Source: Candidatus Marinacidobacterium sp. (lineage in GTDB: Bacteria > Acidobacteriota > Vicinamibacteria > Marinacidobacterales > Marinacidobacteraceae). Taken from it: 64,000 nt of DNA. The notes beneath the pieces are model-generated. The model made no database searches. It was not told where the DNA came from and saw only the letters and a list, made by a program, of their open reading frames with translations. Positions within the stretch are counted from its first letter, which is position 1; each line of letters opens with the position of its first letter. The DNA lies in assembly GCA_965220965.1 (NCBI GenBank), contig CBDCRI010000001.1:64001-128000 (forward strand), given 5' to 3'. A program made the translations under genes and the position numbers. This document shows positions 17,555 to 27,619 of this stretch, one piece after another.

Positions 17555-18010
17555 TCAGTCCCGCCAGGCGGCCAGCACGCGGTCCGCGTAGGCGGCGTTG
17601 CGCGCCGGGGTCCTGGAGTGGTAGGCGCCGATGGCCCACTCCAGGCTCCGGCCGGTCCGGGCCGCCTCCGCCATGCGGCTGGCCAGCACCCAGCCCGCCA
17701 TCGCGGCCCCGAAGCAGATCGAGCGCGTCAGCCGTCCCTCCACCCAGCGCTCGCTGCGGCCGAGCAGCGCCGCGGCCGCCGGCAGGTGCACGGTGTTGAC
17801 CTGCCACGGGCCGAGGTCGGCGCTGCCGTCGCCGTTGACCCAGCCGACGCCGAGCCCGCCGCGCTCCACCCGGCTGATTGCGAGGAGCACGCCCTCGGGC
17901 AGCGCGTAGGCGCGCTCGGCCCGGGCGACGCAGTCGCCGAGGGCGGGAGCGGCGCCGGCCAGCGCGAGGCAGAGCAGGGCGCGGGCGGCCAAGGCGGGCG
18001 GTCGGCCCAC
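17555..18010 (-). CDS. Lytic transglycosylase (SLT, TrbN/IagB-like)
   Basis: ISRVERGG, NGDGSADLGPWQVN, AIGAYHSRTP; signal peptide. Confidence 0.9.
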   Translation of the reverse strand: MGRPPALAARALLCLALAGAAPALGDCVARAERAYALPEGVLLAISRVERGGLGVGWVNGDGSADLGPWQVNTVHLPAAAALLGRSERWVEGRLTRSICFGAAMAGWVLASRMAEAARTGRSLEWAIGAYHSRTPARNAAYADRVLAAWRD

Positions 18011-18011
18011 C

Positions 18012-20819
18012 CTAGGCCTTCCCGCCTGCGCCGCCGCCGTCGCCGCCGCCGCCGTCGCCGCCCTCCTCACGGCGTCGGAGCGACTTCATGGCATTGCCGG
18101 TGGTTTTCGCGACCACGCCCCCCGCGGCCGCCAGCACGCCCTGGGTGCTGCCGTCCGAGCCCTGGAAGTCCCCCAGCCGCCGCCCGGCGCCGGTGGCGAA
18201 CCACGCGAGTATGCTGTTCGGCAGGGCCGGCATCACGGAGACGCACCACCGGCAGATCTGGTAGCACAGCCCCACGTACATCACGAAGTACAGCAGGAAG
18301 GCGAGGGCGCTGAACGCCGAGTCGGCCACCAGCTCGTTGACGAAGTTCCAATACAAGTCGTGGAAAAAGGCGAAGACGACGTAGCTTAGCGCCAGGGACG
18401 CCAAGAGGCCGAGGACCAGCAGGCACGGCGAGAGGATGGCGGCGGCGACGATCTGGATGGCGGTCTGCATCTTGGTGCCGCTGATGCCCTCGCCCTCCGG
18501 CGTGCACATCATCACCACCGCGAGCGGCGCCGCCGCCACGCACTCGATGGCCATGAGCGCGTAGCTCGCCACCAGGAAGACCCAGGTGATGAGCGGCAGT
18601 ATCGGGATCAGGTAGGCCAGCACCACGCCCGCGGCCCACAGGGCGGCGGCCGTGGCGCCGATCAGCGTGGCCAGCCACTCAAGGGTGACCGCCACCGCGG
18701 CCGTGACCGCCGAGAATACTTTGGGCATGTCCGTCGCGAAGCGTCCGCCGATCGCGGAGGCCAGGGCCATGGCGTACACGCCGACGCTGACCTCGATGGC
18801 GTTCTCGCCGGTCTCCGCCAGCACGATGAAGGGGTTGGGCGCGTTGGCGCCGTCGTCGGACAGCAGCCGCTGGTCGAAATCAATGTGCCTGGAGTAGCCG
18901 AGCTCGTTGTCGTCGCCGGCCATCATGTACTCCGCCGCCCACTCCGCAAGCCCGGCGGCGTTGAGAAAGTCGCTGGCGCGCCGCTCGCTGCGTGGCTCCG
19001 TAACGTCCCAGGACGCCTGCCCGCCGACGCCCTCGAGGGCGTGGTCGAGGAACCCCAGCGCCCCCTTGACGTCGTTGGCGGAAAGGTTGTTGCAGAAGAC
19101 CTCCAGGAACGTCTTCTTGGCGCGCGTGAGCACGGCCCAGCCCTTTCCCAACCAGCCCTTCTCCTGCTCCGCGCACTCCTGGGCGGCCACCGAGCGTATG
19201 TCCTGCGGCGGGCTCTCGACCTTGAACAGGTCGATGCCGTCCTGGACCGTGCGCGGGATCTGGGAGAGTTCGAAGAAGAAGGATCCGGCGGTGGCCCAGC
19301 CGCGCAGGTCCAGCCCCGCCCGCCAGTTCTCCTGGATGGCGCCGCAGTCCGCGGCCCCGGCGCCTCGGGCCTGGCGCAGGCAGTGCTGCACGGTGCCCTG
19401 TGCCTGGGCAACGTGGCTGCGGCCCTCCTTGTAGACGGCGTGTATCTTCGGCGGCTTGCCCCCGGCCGCCTTGTCCCACTCGTCCTCGGGCTCCTTCGGC
19501 AGCGGCTCCCACACAATGTCTCGGAAGCTCTCCCGCACGCCCGCCAGGACCTCGTCGACCTCTCTGACAAGGGCCGTCCTGGCGGCCGGCTCGATGCCGG
19601 GCGTCCCGTCGCTTTTGCGGTCCGGATCCTCGCCCTTGTGGATCAGGAACGCCTTGCCCAGCCGCTTCTCCCTTTCGTCCCCGAGGGCGTCGACCACGGC
19701 CGGGAGGTCGCGAATCGAGAGAATCGGCTCCACCACCTCGGCGTGCAGCCTAGGCACGGTGGCGAGCAGCGAGCGGTTGGCGTTCGCCTCGGCGCGCCAC
19801 AGGAAGCGCTCCGCCCAGTTGGCGTCGTACTGCTTGTCGGCGAAGGTGGCGTTGCGCACGTTTGCCGCGGGCTGCTGGAGGGGGTGCTCCGACGCCCGGC
19901 TGAGCCCGCCGCAATAGCCGTCCACGAAGATGAGCTCGGTTCCGGCAACGTCCTTGCGGTCAAGGCTCTCGAGCAGCTGGGGGTCGGCGCCGGAGAAGAG
20001 TCGGGCCGCCCGCGTTTGGGCGGGGGCGTTTTGGCCTTTGCCGGCCTGGGCCACGGCGTCCTCGGAGTAGACCGTGGCCGCAAATATCCCATCGAGCCTG
20101 CCCCACCTGTCCTCCTTGGTGGCCACCAGGGGGACGTTGCTGCCCATGCCCTCGGCGGCGCGCGTGCAGGCGATCGCGTAGCTGAGGTTCTTCATGCCGG
20201 CGGTGATCTCGTGCGGCACCCCGGCCTTGGTGCGGATGCCGGAGCCGTCCATGACGCCGTTGAGCACCAGCTGCCACATGGAGGACCCCCCCGCGGAGCC
20301 CAGCATCAGCATCCAGACCACGCCAACTTGCGCCATGCTGAAGATGCCGCCGCCCACCCCGGGCACCGGCGCCAGCAGGGCCAGCGCCACGCCGTTGCGC
20401 AGCGGCAGCCAGACGGTCGAGAACTTGCGGCCGAGCGGCACGCCCTCCGCGGCGGTGGCGATGGTCGAGCTGACCATGGTGGCCATGATGACCACCGCGG
20501 CCAAGGCGTAGGCGATGAGGTTGGTGTAGCCCAGGGCGACGGCCAGCAGGGTTGCGCTGTTGCCCGAGTCGTTGATCCGCTGGCGCTCCTCCTCGGACAC
20601 GTACGGCAGGAACACGAACGGCCCGAACAGGTAGTGGTACATCCAGATGGCGGCGTCGTCCCGCGAGCCGCCCTCCGCCACCGGCTTGCCCAGGTCGGGC
20701 TGCAGCATGGCGAGGATCGAGTCGGGGTCCGCCAGCTGCTGCATGGTCTGCTGCTGGCTCGCGCCGTGGGCCGCGCCGCACAGCGCGGCGAGCAGCAGCA
20801 GGGCGGCCAGCCGCCTCAT
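18012..20819 (-). CDS. dotA: DotA/TraY inner-membrane T4BSS protein
   Basis: TAAEGVPLGRKFSTVWLPLR..LLAP, large periplasmic loop, GWATAGSFF, LAYLIPILP..E..AAPL, P.LLVLG. Confidence 0.92.
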   Translation of the reverse strand: MRRLAALLLLAALCGAAHGASQQQTMQQLADPDSILAMLQPDLGKPVAEGGSRDDAAIWMYHYLFGPFVFLPYVSEEERQRINDSGNSATLLAVALGYTNLIAYALAAVVIMATMVSSTIATAAEGVPLGRKFSTVWLPLRNGVALALLAPVPGVGGGIFSMAQVGVVWMLMLGSAGGSSMWQLVLNGVMDGSGIRTKAGVPHEITAGMKNLSYAIACTRAAEGMGSNVPLVATKEDRWGRLDGIFAATVYSEDAVAQAGKGQNAPAQTRAARLFSGADPQLLESLDRKDVAGTELIFVDGYCGGLSRASEHPLQQPAANVRNATFADKQYDANWAERFLWRAEANANRSLLATVPRLHAEVVEPILSIRDLPAVVDALGDEREKRLGKAFLIHKGEDPDRKSDGTPGIEPAARTALVREVDEVLAGVRESFRDIVWEPLPKEPEDEWDKAAGGKPPKIHAVYKEGRSHVAQAQGTVQHCLRQARGAGAADCGAIQENWRAGLDLRGWATAGSFFFELSQIPRTVQDGIDLFKVESPPQDIRSVAAQECAEQEKGWLGKGWAVLTRAKKTFLEVFCNNLSANDVKGALGFLDHALEGVGGQASWDVTEPRSERRASDFLNAAGLAEWAAEYMMAGDDNELGYSRHIDFDQRLLSDDGANAPNPFIVLAETGENAIEVSVGVYAMALASAIGGRFATDMPKVFSAVTAAVAVTLEWLATLIGATAAALWAAGVVLAYLIPILPLITWVFLVASYALMAIECVAAAPLAVVMMCTPEGEGISGTKMQTAIQIVAAAILSPCLLVLGLLASLALSYVVFAFFHDLYWNFVNELVADSAFSALAFLLYFVMYVGLCYQICRWCVSVMPALPNSILAWFATGAGRRLGDFQGSDGSTQGVLAAAGGVVAKTTGNAMKSLRRREEGGDGGGGDGGGAGGKA

Positions 20820-21304
20820 GCGGGGAAGCGCCTGGGCAGGCCCTCGGCCGGGGCCTCGGCCACGGCGTCGAGGAAGGCGCCGAAACGGTAGCTGCGCGGC
20901 GCCTGCGGGTCGCCGCGCCGCGCCCAGTAGCGGCGCACCGCCCACATGCGGAAGGCCGTGTTGAGGTACAGGGCCAGGCAGGCGGCCATGCAGGCGACGC
21001 CGCAGAGCAGCGCCAGCACGCTGCCGGCGAGCATCGAGGCGAGGGCCAGCAGCAGCGCCGCGCCCCCCTGCAGGCAGGCGGTCCGCCCGGCGTTGGCGTA
21101 GCGCAGGCGCAGCTCCGGCTCCGCCGGCATTTGCTCGGCGTGGACCGGCACCTCGAAGTCGAGGACCGCGGAGGGGCGCCTGAGGAACGCGGCGACGGCC
21201 AGGCCGCGGCCCTGCAGCGCCTGGCGGACGGCGCCGTAGCTTCGGTGCGCCTCGCGCATCCCCTCGACGGTGCGCCGCGTCTGCTTGAACGGCCGCCACC
21301 TCAC
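20816..21304 (-). CDS. IcmV/TraX-like membrane protein
   Basis: 162 aa with two TM segments followed by AFRMW; immediately upstream of dotA/traY. Confidence 0.6.
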   Translation of the reverse strand: MRWRPFKQTRRTVEGMREAHRSYGAVRQALQGRGLAVAAFLRRPSAVLDFEVPVHAEQMPAEPELRLRYANAGRTACLQGGAALLLALASMLAGSVLALLCGVACMAACLALYLNTAFRMWAVRRYWARRGDPQAPRSYRFGAFLDAVAEAPAEGLPRRFPA

Positions 21305-21326
21305 AGCGCCGACCGCCTCCCGCCGG

Positions 21327-21968
21327 TCACGTCGAGCACAGCATGGTGGAGCCGAACAGCACCGAGACGCCGCAGCCCACGTCGAGCAGGTTGATGAGGA
21401 TCACCGCCCCCAAGATGTGCGTGATGCCCTTCGCCACGGGCCGCTCGAACCCCGGCGGCTTGCTCACCGACCCGGCGTAGCGCCAGCAGTAGATGCCCTT
21501 CAGGAAGAACCAGACGCCGAGCAGGTTCATCAGGATCACCAGGTAGCGGAAGCCGCGCTCGGAGATGAAGCGGCCGAAGTAGCTGCCGGGGGAGGGGTTG
21601 TAGCCGGCGATGCGGGCCTCCACCGCCAGCGGGTGGGTGCCGGGGGGCAGGCTGTAGGCCGTGGGCGCCTGGCTGCCGGAGGAGGTGAGGATCGAGAAGC
21701 TCAAGGTGTCGGCGATCAGCTCGTAGACGAACCACGGGCTGATCAGCAGCACGCCGACCGCCAGGCAGGCCGCAATGTTGGACGCCGGGTAGCTGTGCGG
21801 GCGGTAGTGGTTGGCGCGCAGCCCCTGCACGCCGAGGATGATGAGGAACACGCCGACCGCAATGAACGCCATGAGCAGCAGCCCAACCACCGCGTCCGCG
21901 TTGTCCAGGATCGCGCCAACGTTGACGGTCCGCCCGCTGGCGGCCGCCAGCGCCGGGGCCGGGGCCAT
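21327..21968 (-). CDS. icmC: IcmC/DotE (TraQ)-like membrane protein (start uncertain)
   Basis: NLLGVWFFLKG....KGITHILGAVILIN, characteristic of the IcmC/TraQ C-terminus. Confidence 0.7.
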   Translation of the reverse strand: MAPAPALAAASGRTVNVGAILDNADAVVGLLLMAFIAVGVFLIILGVQGLRANHYRPHSYPASNIAACLAVGVLLISPWFVYELIADTLSFSILTSSGSQAPTAYSLPPGTHPLAVEARIAGYNPSPGSYFGRFISERGFRYLVILMNLLGVWFFLKGIYCWRYAGSVSKPPGFERPVAKGITHILGAVILINLLDVGCGVSVLFGSTMLCST

Positions 21969-22005
21969 GGCCAGGGCGAGCGCCTGCCATCGTCCGGCGC
22001 GCCGC

Positions 22006-23181
22006 CTAGAGCGGGTTGACTTCAAGGGCCAGCAGCGCCGCGGTGAGCGCCTCCATGCGCAGCCTCTGCTCGTGGGCGAGCACGTCGAGGTGCGCCGACA
22101 GCGCATCGAGGGAGGCCTGCTTGCGCAGCACCTGCCAAGGGGAGGTCGGCTCCCCGCCGTTCGAGTTCGAGACCTCCGCCAGCCAGGCCGGCGAGCCCCA
22201 GCGGTTGGCCGAGTACAGGCGCAGGTTGGCGACCAGCGAGCGCTCCTCGCCCGGCGGCACGAGGTGGGCGCGCATCACCTCCATCAGCGAGGTGGCGGCC
22301 AGCTTCTGGATCAGCACCGCCCGCATGTCGCGCGAGGCGTCCGCCAGCGCGTCGGCGCCGGCCAGCGCGGAGGGCGGGGCGAGCAGCGCCGCGGGCGCGC
22401 CCACCAGCAGCTCGACCTGGCGGCGCAGGGCCATCATGTCGAGGTCGTGCTCGTCCGGGCCGGCGCCGGCGCTGGCGGCGCCGTTGGGGTCCTTGTGCGC
22501 GCCCGAGGCCAGCAGCGCCCCGCCGGCGCGGCGCCCGGCGATGAGCATCGAGGACTCCAGGCAGCGCGACTGGCCGCTCGCCGGGTCGAACAGCCCCGCC
22601 CAGCGGGGATCCTGGCCGAGGCACACGGCGGCCAGCCTAGAGGCCGCGTGGCGGTCGGCGGAGGCCTGGTTGCGCGCCAGGTTCTCGACCTCCACCACCT
22701 GCCCGTCGGAGGCGCGCTCCACCCGGATGCGCTCGCCGAAGCGCTCGGTGCGCTCGGCGTGCAGGCGGGCCATCTCGCCGACCGCCGCCTGGCGGCCGCG
22801 CACGGCCTCCTCGCCGGCCACCGCGCGGGCCACCGCCATGCCCAGGCAGGCGTCGGCGTCCGGCGCGGCGCGCTCCGCCCGCTCCAGGTTGTGGCCGGTC
22901 ATGTCGTTCATCTCGGCCAGCGCGGAGGCGCTCATGGCGGACTCCAGCTGCGCGGCGCGCTCCGCCTCGGAGTTGACGCTGGCCACGTCCATCTCCAGCT
23001 CCTGCATCGCCCAGTCGCGCATCGCGAGCACCTTGTCCTGCAACTTCTGCTCCAGCGTCAGCAGCGTGTTCTTGGCGTCGGTCACCGGCACGGTGCCGCT
23101 GGCCGCGGACGCGCCCAGCAGGCCGGCCCCGAGCAGCGCCCCGGCCAGCAGCCCCGAATGGAAGCGGAAGTTTGTCGTCAT
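22006..23181 (-). CDS. IcmX/TraW-like periplasmic protein
   Basis: Signal peptide; C-terminal NRW..PAWLAEV..QVLRKQA..EQRLRMEALTAALLA; traW-traX-traY neighbourhood. Confidence 0.65.
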   Translation of the reverse strand: MTTNFRFHSGLLAGALLGAGLLGASAASGTVPVTDAKNTLLTLEQKLQDKVLAMRDWAMQELEMDVASVNSEAERAAQLESAMSASALAEMNDMTGHNLERAERAAPDADACLGMAVARAVAGEEAVRGRQAAVGEMARLHAERTERFGERIRVERASDGQVVEVENLARNQASADRHAASRLAAVCLGQDPRWAGLFDPASGQSRCLESSMLIAGRRAGGALLASGAHKDPNGAASAGAGPDEHDLDMMALRRQVELLVGAPAALLAPPSALAGADALADASRDMRAVLIQKLAATSLMEVMRAHLVPPGEERSLVANLRLYSANRWGSPAWLAEVSNSNGGEPTSPWQVLRKQASLDALSAHLDVLAHEQRLRMEALTAALLALEVNPL

Positions 23182-23239
23182 GGCTCCATGCCCCCTTGCC
23201 CGTGGGGCGTGCGCCGCCCCGTCGCGCCGCCGGGCGCGG

Positions 23240-23998
23240 TCAGCACCCGTCGAATGCCGGGCCGCACCGGGAGGGGATGAAGTCCGACACCTCCCGTCCC
23301 GCCCCCGCCAGCCGGCGCTGCGCGGCCCTGCGCGCCGAAAGGCTCGTGTAGGGGCCGGAGTGCACGAAGTGTAGCATCTTCCCGGGGCGGGTCTCCCGCG
23401 GCGTCACCCAGACGCGCGCGCCGACCCGGGCCTCGAGCAGGCCGCGCAGGCGCTCGGCGTTGCCGGGGCTGGCGAACAGGCCGTGCTGCAGCCAGTGCCA
23501 CGGCCGCCCCTCGGGGCCTTCGGCGGCGGCGGGAGCGGCGGGAGGCGCGGGCGGCATCGCCGGACGGGCGGCCTCGCGCACCCGGCCCATGCGCCTCAGG
23601 GTCGCCATCGACGCCTCGCCGCCGGCCACGTCGCGCAGGATGCGCCGGGCCTCGGCCGGGCGCCCGTCGAGCGCGTGGGCGGCCGCCAGCCCGTTCAGGG
23701 CGATGCGCGTCTGGCGCTCGTCGGGGCCGTCGGCGAGCACCTGCCGGAAGGTGTCGCGGGCCGCCGCCGCGCGCAGCGCCCCGAGCTGCGCCCGCCCCAG
23801 CGACAGGCGCACCTCTCGGGCCAGGCGCGGATGCTTCGCCACGGCCGGCGCCAGCGCCGCGTAGGCGTCGGCGGCCGCGGCGTGGCGGCCGGCGACGAGC
23901 AGGGCGTCGGCCGCCGCCAGGCGCTCGGCGACCGGCGCCGCCGCCCAGGCCGCCGCCGCCAGCGACAGCCCGAGCAGGAGGGGCAGGGCGCGCGCCAC
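23240..23998 (-). CDS. Secreted TPR-like plus SPOR-domain protein
   Basis: Signal peptide, helical repeats, WLQHGLFASPGNAERL..VHSGPY (SPOR). Confidence 0.7.
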   Translation of the reverse strand: MARALPLLLGLSLAAAAWAAAPVAERLAAADALLVAGRHAAAADAYAALAPAVAKHPRLAREVRLSLGRAQLGALRAAAARDTFRQVLADGPDERQTRIALNGLAAAHALDGRPAEARRILRDVAGGEASMATLRRMGRVREAARPAMPPAPPAAPAAAEGPEGRPWHWLQHGLFASPGNAERLRGLLEARVGARVWVTPRETRPGKMLHFVHSGPYTSLSARRAAQRRLAGAGREVSDFIPSRCGPAFDGC

Positions 23999-23999
23999 C

Positions 24000-24725
24000 T
24001 CAGCCCGCCGCCAGGCTGCGCAGCCGCAGCCGGTCGATCTCGGAGGCGCCGCGGGCGCCGTCCGCGAAGCCGCCGGCGTCGCAGATCGGGTCCAGGAAGC
24101 GGTCCGCCAGCGCCAGCCACTCGCCGGGCGCGAGGTCGGCCGGCGCCGCCTCGGCGAACCAGAAGCCGGCGGCCCCCTCGGCCGCCCAGCGCGCCGGCAC
24201 CAGGAAGGCGTGGTAGGGAGTCTCGGCGGCCGGGGCGCGCACCGCCCCGTTGGGCGCCAGCGCGTCGAAGGCGCGCACCCGGAAGCCGACCGCCCGCGCC
24301 GCCTCGCCCTCCTCCAGCGCGTCCGGGTCGACGATGCCGCGCCTGGCCGAGACCACCACGGACGGCTCGCCGCCGGCGCCGAGCACGGTGGCGACGCCGC
24401 CCGCGGGGGCGCCGCGCGGCATCGCCCGCAACGCCTCGGGGGTGACCTCCGGCGCCTCGCAGAGGGCGAACAGCACCACGTTGCGGCGCGCCACCAGGGC
24501 GATGCCGACGGCGTGGGCCCCGGCCGGGCCCTCGGCCACCGCGCCCGCCACGCGGGCGCCGTCCCAAGCCACCAAGGTCTCCGCGCCCGGGCCGCAGAGC
24601 GGGGGGCCGGGCAGCCAGCGGCGGTCGCCGTTGGCGAAGCGGACCACCGGCTCGCGGCCGCGCACCACGCCCAGGCGCAGCCCGCCCAAGGGGGCGTCAG
24701 AGCCGTTCGAGCAGCCCCTCGACAT
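24000..24725 (-). CDS. Hypothetical protein
   Basis: Fills the operon gap; coding-like codon usage. Confidence 0.55.
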   Translation of the reverse strand: MSRGCSNGSDAPLGGLRLGVVRGREPVVRFANGDRRWLPGPPLCGPGAETLVAWDGARVAGAVAEGPAGAHAVGIALVARRNVVLFALCEAPEVTPEALRAMPRGAPAGGVATVLGAGGEPSVVVSARRGIVDPDALEEGEAARAVGFRVRAFDALAPNGAVRAPAAETPYHAFLVPARWAAEGAAGFWFAEAAPADLAPGEWLALADRFLDPICDAGGFADGARGASEIDRLRLRSLAAG

Positions 24726-26100
24726 CCCGGTACCCCTGGAAGACGCGCCCGGCGCCGGACACGAAGGTGGGCGTGGAGCGCACGCCCATGGACTCGGCCA
24801 CCGCGGACGGCGCCTCCAGCATGAGGTCCATGACCTCGGCCGCCTCGCCCTCCGGCGCGCAGTCCGCCGCCGGCAGGCCCTCGCCCGCGTAGAGCCGGTC
24901 GAGCCGGCCGGCGGCGTCCTCGGCGCACCACACGGAGCGCATGGCGGCGCGCCAGGCGCGGACGGCCGGGCCGTCGGGGCCGCCCTTGCGCAGCGCCTGC
25001 CACGGCAGCACCGCGTAGTGCATCGAGACCCCGGCCGCCTGGATGGCGGCCCGGTCCTCGTGCAGGCGCCGGCAGTGGGGGCAGTCGGGGTCGGTGAACA
25101 CCACCACCCGCGCCCGCTCCGCCCCCGTCGCCGGATAGACGATCTGCCACGGCGAGCCGAACATCAGCTCCTCCGGGAAGCCGCCCTCCGCGGCCGCCTC
25201 GGGCCGGGCGGTCAGCGCCGCCGCCACCTCCGCCCGGTGCGCAGCCTCCGCCGCCCAGCTGGCGATCAGGTCGCGGCCGTCGAGCAGCAGCCGCTCGGGC
25301 GCCCGGACCACCACCCGGCCGCCGGGGCTGACGACGCCGAAGGCGCCGTCGGGGAAGGCCAGCCCGGTCCAGCCGCCGCCGCCGTCGATGGGAATCGGGC
25401 GCCCGTCCGGGAGCGGCAGGGGCGCGGCCGGGTCGGGCGCAGCGCCCGGCGCCGCCGGCGGCGTCCCGGGGCCGTCGCCGCGCGCCAGGCCGGCGAGCCC
25501 CTCCAGGCCCCGGCACGGGTCCGAGAACGCGGCGGCCAGCCGGCCGATGCGCGCCGTGTCGGCGCGGTGCAGGCGCAGGTGGTCGAGCTCGAAGGCCAGC
25601 CGGCCGTCGCCGGACGCCGCCTCCACGCCCCGGTCCACGACCGACTCCGGGCCGGCGGCGAGCAGTCCGGGGCCGCGCGCGAGCAGGGCGCTGGCGGTGC
25701 CGTCCGGCGCCCACCAGGTGGCGAGCCAGGCGTCGCCGCCGTCGATGCGGACCTCGCTGACGCGCGCCAGGCGCCCGCCGCCGGCCAGCCACTGCGCCTG
25801 GCCCCAGTCCGCCAAGGCGGCGCCGAAGCGGTCGCGCAGGGCGCCCGCCCGGCCCCCCTCGCGCACCTCCTCCGACCACGCGCCCGGCGGCGCCTCGCAG
25901 CCGGCGGGCAGCGGCGCCACCACCGTCTCGCGGCCGCCGTCGCCGTGCATGACCAGCCACGCCGGCTCGTTCAGGGCGGCGATGAGCCGCGGCGCGCCCG
26001 TCCACGCGCCCCCCAGGGCCAGGCCCAGGGCGCAGGCGACGGCGGCGATGCCGACGATCGGCGGCAGCGCGGCGACCGACCTGCGCAGGGCGCCGGTCAC
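24697..26100 (-). CDS. DsbC/TrbB-like thiol-disulfide isomerase with N-terminal extension
   Basis: VFTDPDCPHCRRLH, SVWCAED, GVRSTPT, GY. Confidence 0.85.
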   Translation of the reverse strand: MTGALRRSVAALPPIVGIAAVACALGLALGGAWTGAPRLIAALNEPAWLVMHGDGGRETVVAPLPAGCEAPPGAWSEEVREGGRAGALRDRFGAALADWGQAQWLAGGGRLARVSEVRIDGGDAWLATWWAPDGTASALLARGPGLLAAGPESVVDRGVEAASGDGRLAFELDHLRLHRADTARIGRLAAAFSDPCRGLEGLAGLARGDGPGTPPAAPGAAPDPAAPLPLPDGRPIPIDGGGGWTGLAFPDGAFGVVSPGGRVVVRAPERLLLDGRDLIASWAAEAAHRAEVAAALTARPEAAAEGGFPEELMFGSPWQIVYPATGAERARVVVFTDPDCPHCRRLHEDRAAIQAAGVSMHYAVLPWQALRKGGPDGPAVRAWRAAMRSVWCAEDAAGRLDRLYAGEGLPAADCAPEGEAAEVMDLMLEAPSAVAESMGVRSTPTFVSGAGRVFQGYRDVEGLLERL

Positions 26101-26285
26101 GGCGCGCTCCCGGACGGCGGCAGGGGCTCGGCGCCGAGGGGCGGAAGCTCCTGAGGGGGGGGGTCGATGAGCCAGACCGCTAGCGCCAGGAGGGCCAGCC
26201 CCAGGCCCCCGTAGAAGGCGAGGTGGACCAACGGGTAGCCGAGCAAATCCGCGGCCCGTCCCAGCGCCTGGCGCAGCCGGCTCAC
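26097..26285 (-). CDS. Small single-pass membrane protein
   Basis: GTGA overlaps on both sides; YPLVHLAFYGGLGLALLALAVWL. Confidence 0.55.
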   Translation of the reverse strand: MSRLRQALGRAADLLGYPLVHLAFYGGLGLALLALAVWLIDPPPQELPPLGAEPLPPSGSAP

Positions 26286-27517
26286 GGCGCCCCGCCCGCC
26301 GACGCGCCGGCCGGGGCCGCGGCGGGCATCGCCGCGGCCTCCTCCAAGGCGCGCAGCCAGTCGGCCGCCTCGCGCCCGGCGCGCTCCAGGGCGGGGGCGT
26401 CCTCCGGGTACAGGCGGCCCACCTCCGCGCCGACCTTGCGCAGCGCGCCGCCGTCGCCCGCCCGGTGCGCCTTGGCGTGCGCCGCGGCGACCCGGGCCAG
26501 GTCGTCGTCGGCCACCCAGCCGGCCCCCAGCGCCCCCTCCCCGCCGCGCCCCAGGTCCGCGAGCCAGGCGGAGCGGCGGCGGGCGTCCGCCCCGTCGCGG
26601 GCGCAGCGCGCGCCGTCGCGGGGGGCGTTGCGCGGCGCCGCCGCGAGCCGCCGCCGGGCGGCGAGCAGGGCGGCCTCCAGCCGCTCGCCGGCCAGCCGCG
26701 GCAAGCCCATCAGGCGCGCCGCCAAGCCCGGCGGCAGGGCCTGCTCGCAGACCTCCCGGTCCCACTCGTCGGGCGCCGCCACGCGCGCCAGGATGGGCAG
26801 GTCGCCCATGTCCAGGGTGGCCAGCTCGGGCGCCTCGCCGCCCTCCCGCAGGAAGCGGGCCGCGCCGTCGAAGCTGCAGCCGTCGGCGCCGAGGCTGAGG
26901 CAGGGGAGCAGGTGCGGCGCCTCGGGAAGGGGACGGCCCAGGGGCAGCAGGACGGCGACGTCGATCTCCATGACGGCCACCAGCGGCGCCCGCTCCGCCA
27001 GCCGCGCCAAGGCGCGCTCCGGGGCGGCGCGGGCGGCGAGCGCGGTGACCCAGTCGCGCTCCCGGGCGACCAGGTCGGCGAACGCCGCCAGCCCGGAGGA
27101 GGCGTCGCGGGCCGCAGGCACCGCCACGCCGAGCATGCCGCCCAGGCGCCGCATCTTGCCGAGGTCCATGGCGGTGGGCGGCTCGCGGGTGAGCGCCCAG
27201 CCGTCGCCGCCGGCCTGGTGCAGCAGGTCGCGCAGGGCGCGGTAGGTGCCGCTCCAGCTCGGCGAGACCAGCACCGGCCGGCCCTGCAGGGCGGCCGCGG
27301 CGCGCCCCGCCGCGTCGAGCAGCGGCAGCTCCTCCCAGCCGCCGCCCGCGGCCGGGTCGGGCAGGGGGGAGGGCGCCCAGGGCAGGGCGACCCGGCAGCG
27401 CAGCTCCGGCGCCTCGCCGTCGGTGGCCGCGATCGACAGGCGGGCGCAGCCGCGCCCGCGCCCGATGACGCAGCCGTGGGAGAGCCGCGCGCTCTCCGCC
27501 TGAATCGCGATGACCAT
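26282..27517 (-). CDS. Hypothetical protein (possibly degenerate exonuclease I-like)
   Basis: First gene of the minus-strand operon; only weak pattern similarity. Confidence 0.55.
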   Translation of the reverse strand: MVIAIQAESARLSHGCVIGRGRGCARLSIAATDGEAPELRCRVALPWAPSPLPDPAAGGGWEELPLLDAAGRAAAALQGRPVLVSPSWSGTYRALRDLLHQAGGDGWALTREPPTAMDLGKMRRLGGMLGVAVPAARDASSGLAAFADLVARERDWVTALAARAAPERALARLAERAPLVAVMEIDVAVLLPLGRPLPEAPHLLPCLSLGADGCSFDGAARFLREGGEAPELATLDMGDLPILARVAAPDEWDREVCEQALPPGLAARLMGLPRLAGERLEAALLAARRRLAAAPRNAPRDGARCARDGADARRRSAWLADLGRGGEGALGAGWVADDDLARVAAAHAKAHRAGDGGALRKVGAEVGRLYPEDAPALERAGREAADWLRALEEAAAMPAAAPAGASAGGAP

Positions 27518-27619
27518 GCGTGAAGGCTCCGCTCGCTGAGGGGCATTGCGCCGACGCACCCTATAATAGCGCATGCGCCCGCGCCGGGGGCGCAGGGCGC
27601 CGCAAAGGAGGACCGACCC

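Noticed and set aside
26097-26285. Ala-Pro C-termini of operon genes (also 196, 15778, 61798) as part of the S-P tail signal
   Set aside because: Explained by CCG-TGA forming GTGA start/stop overlaps.
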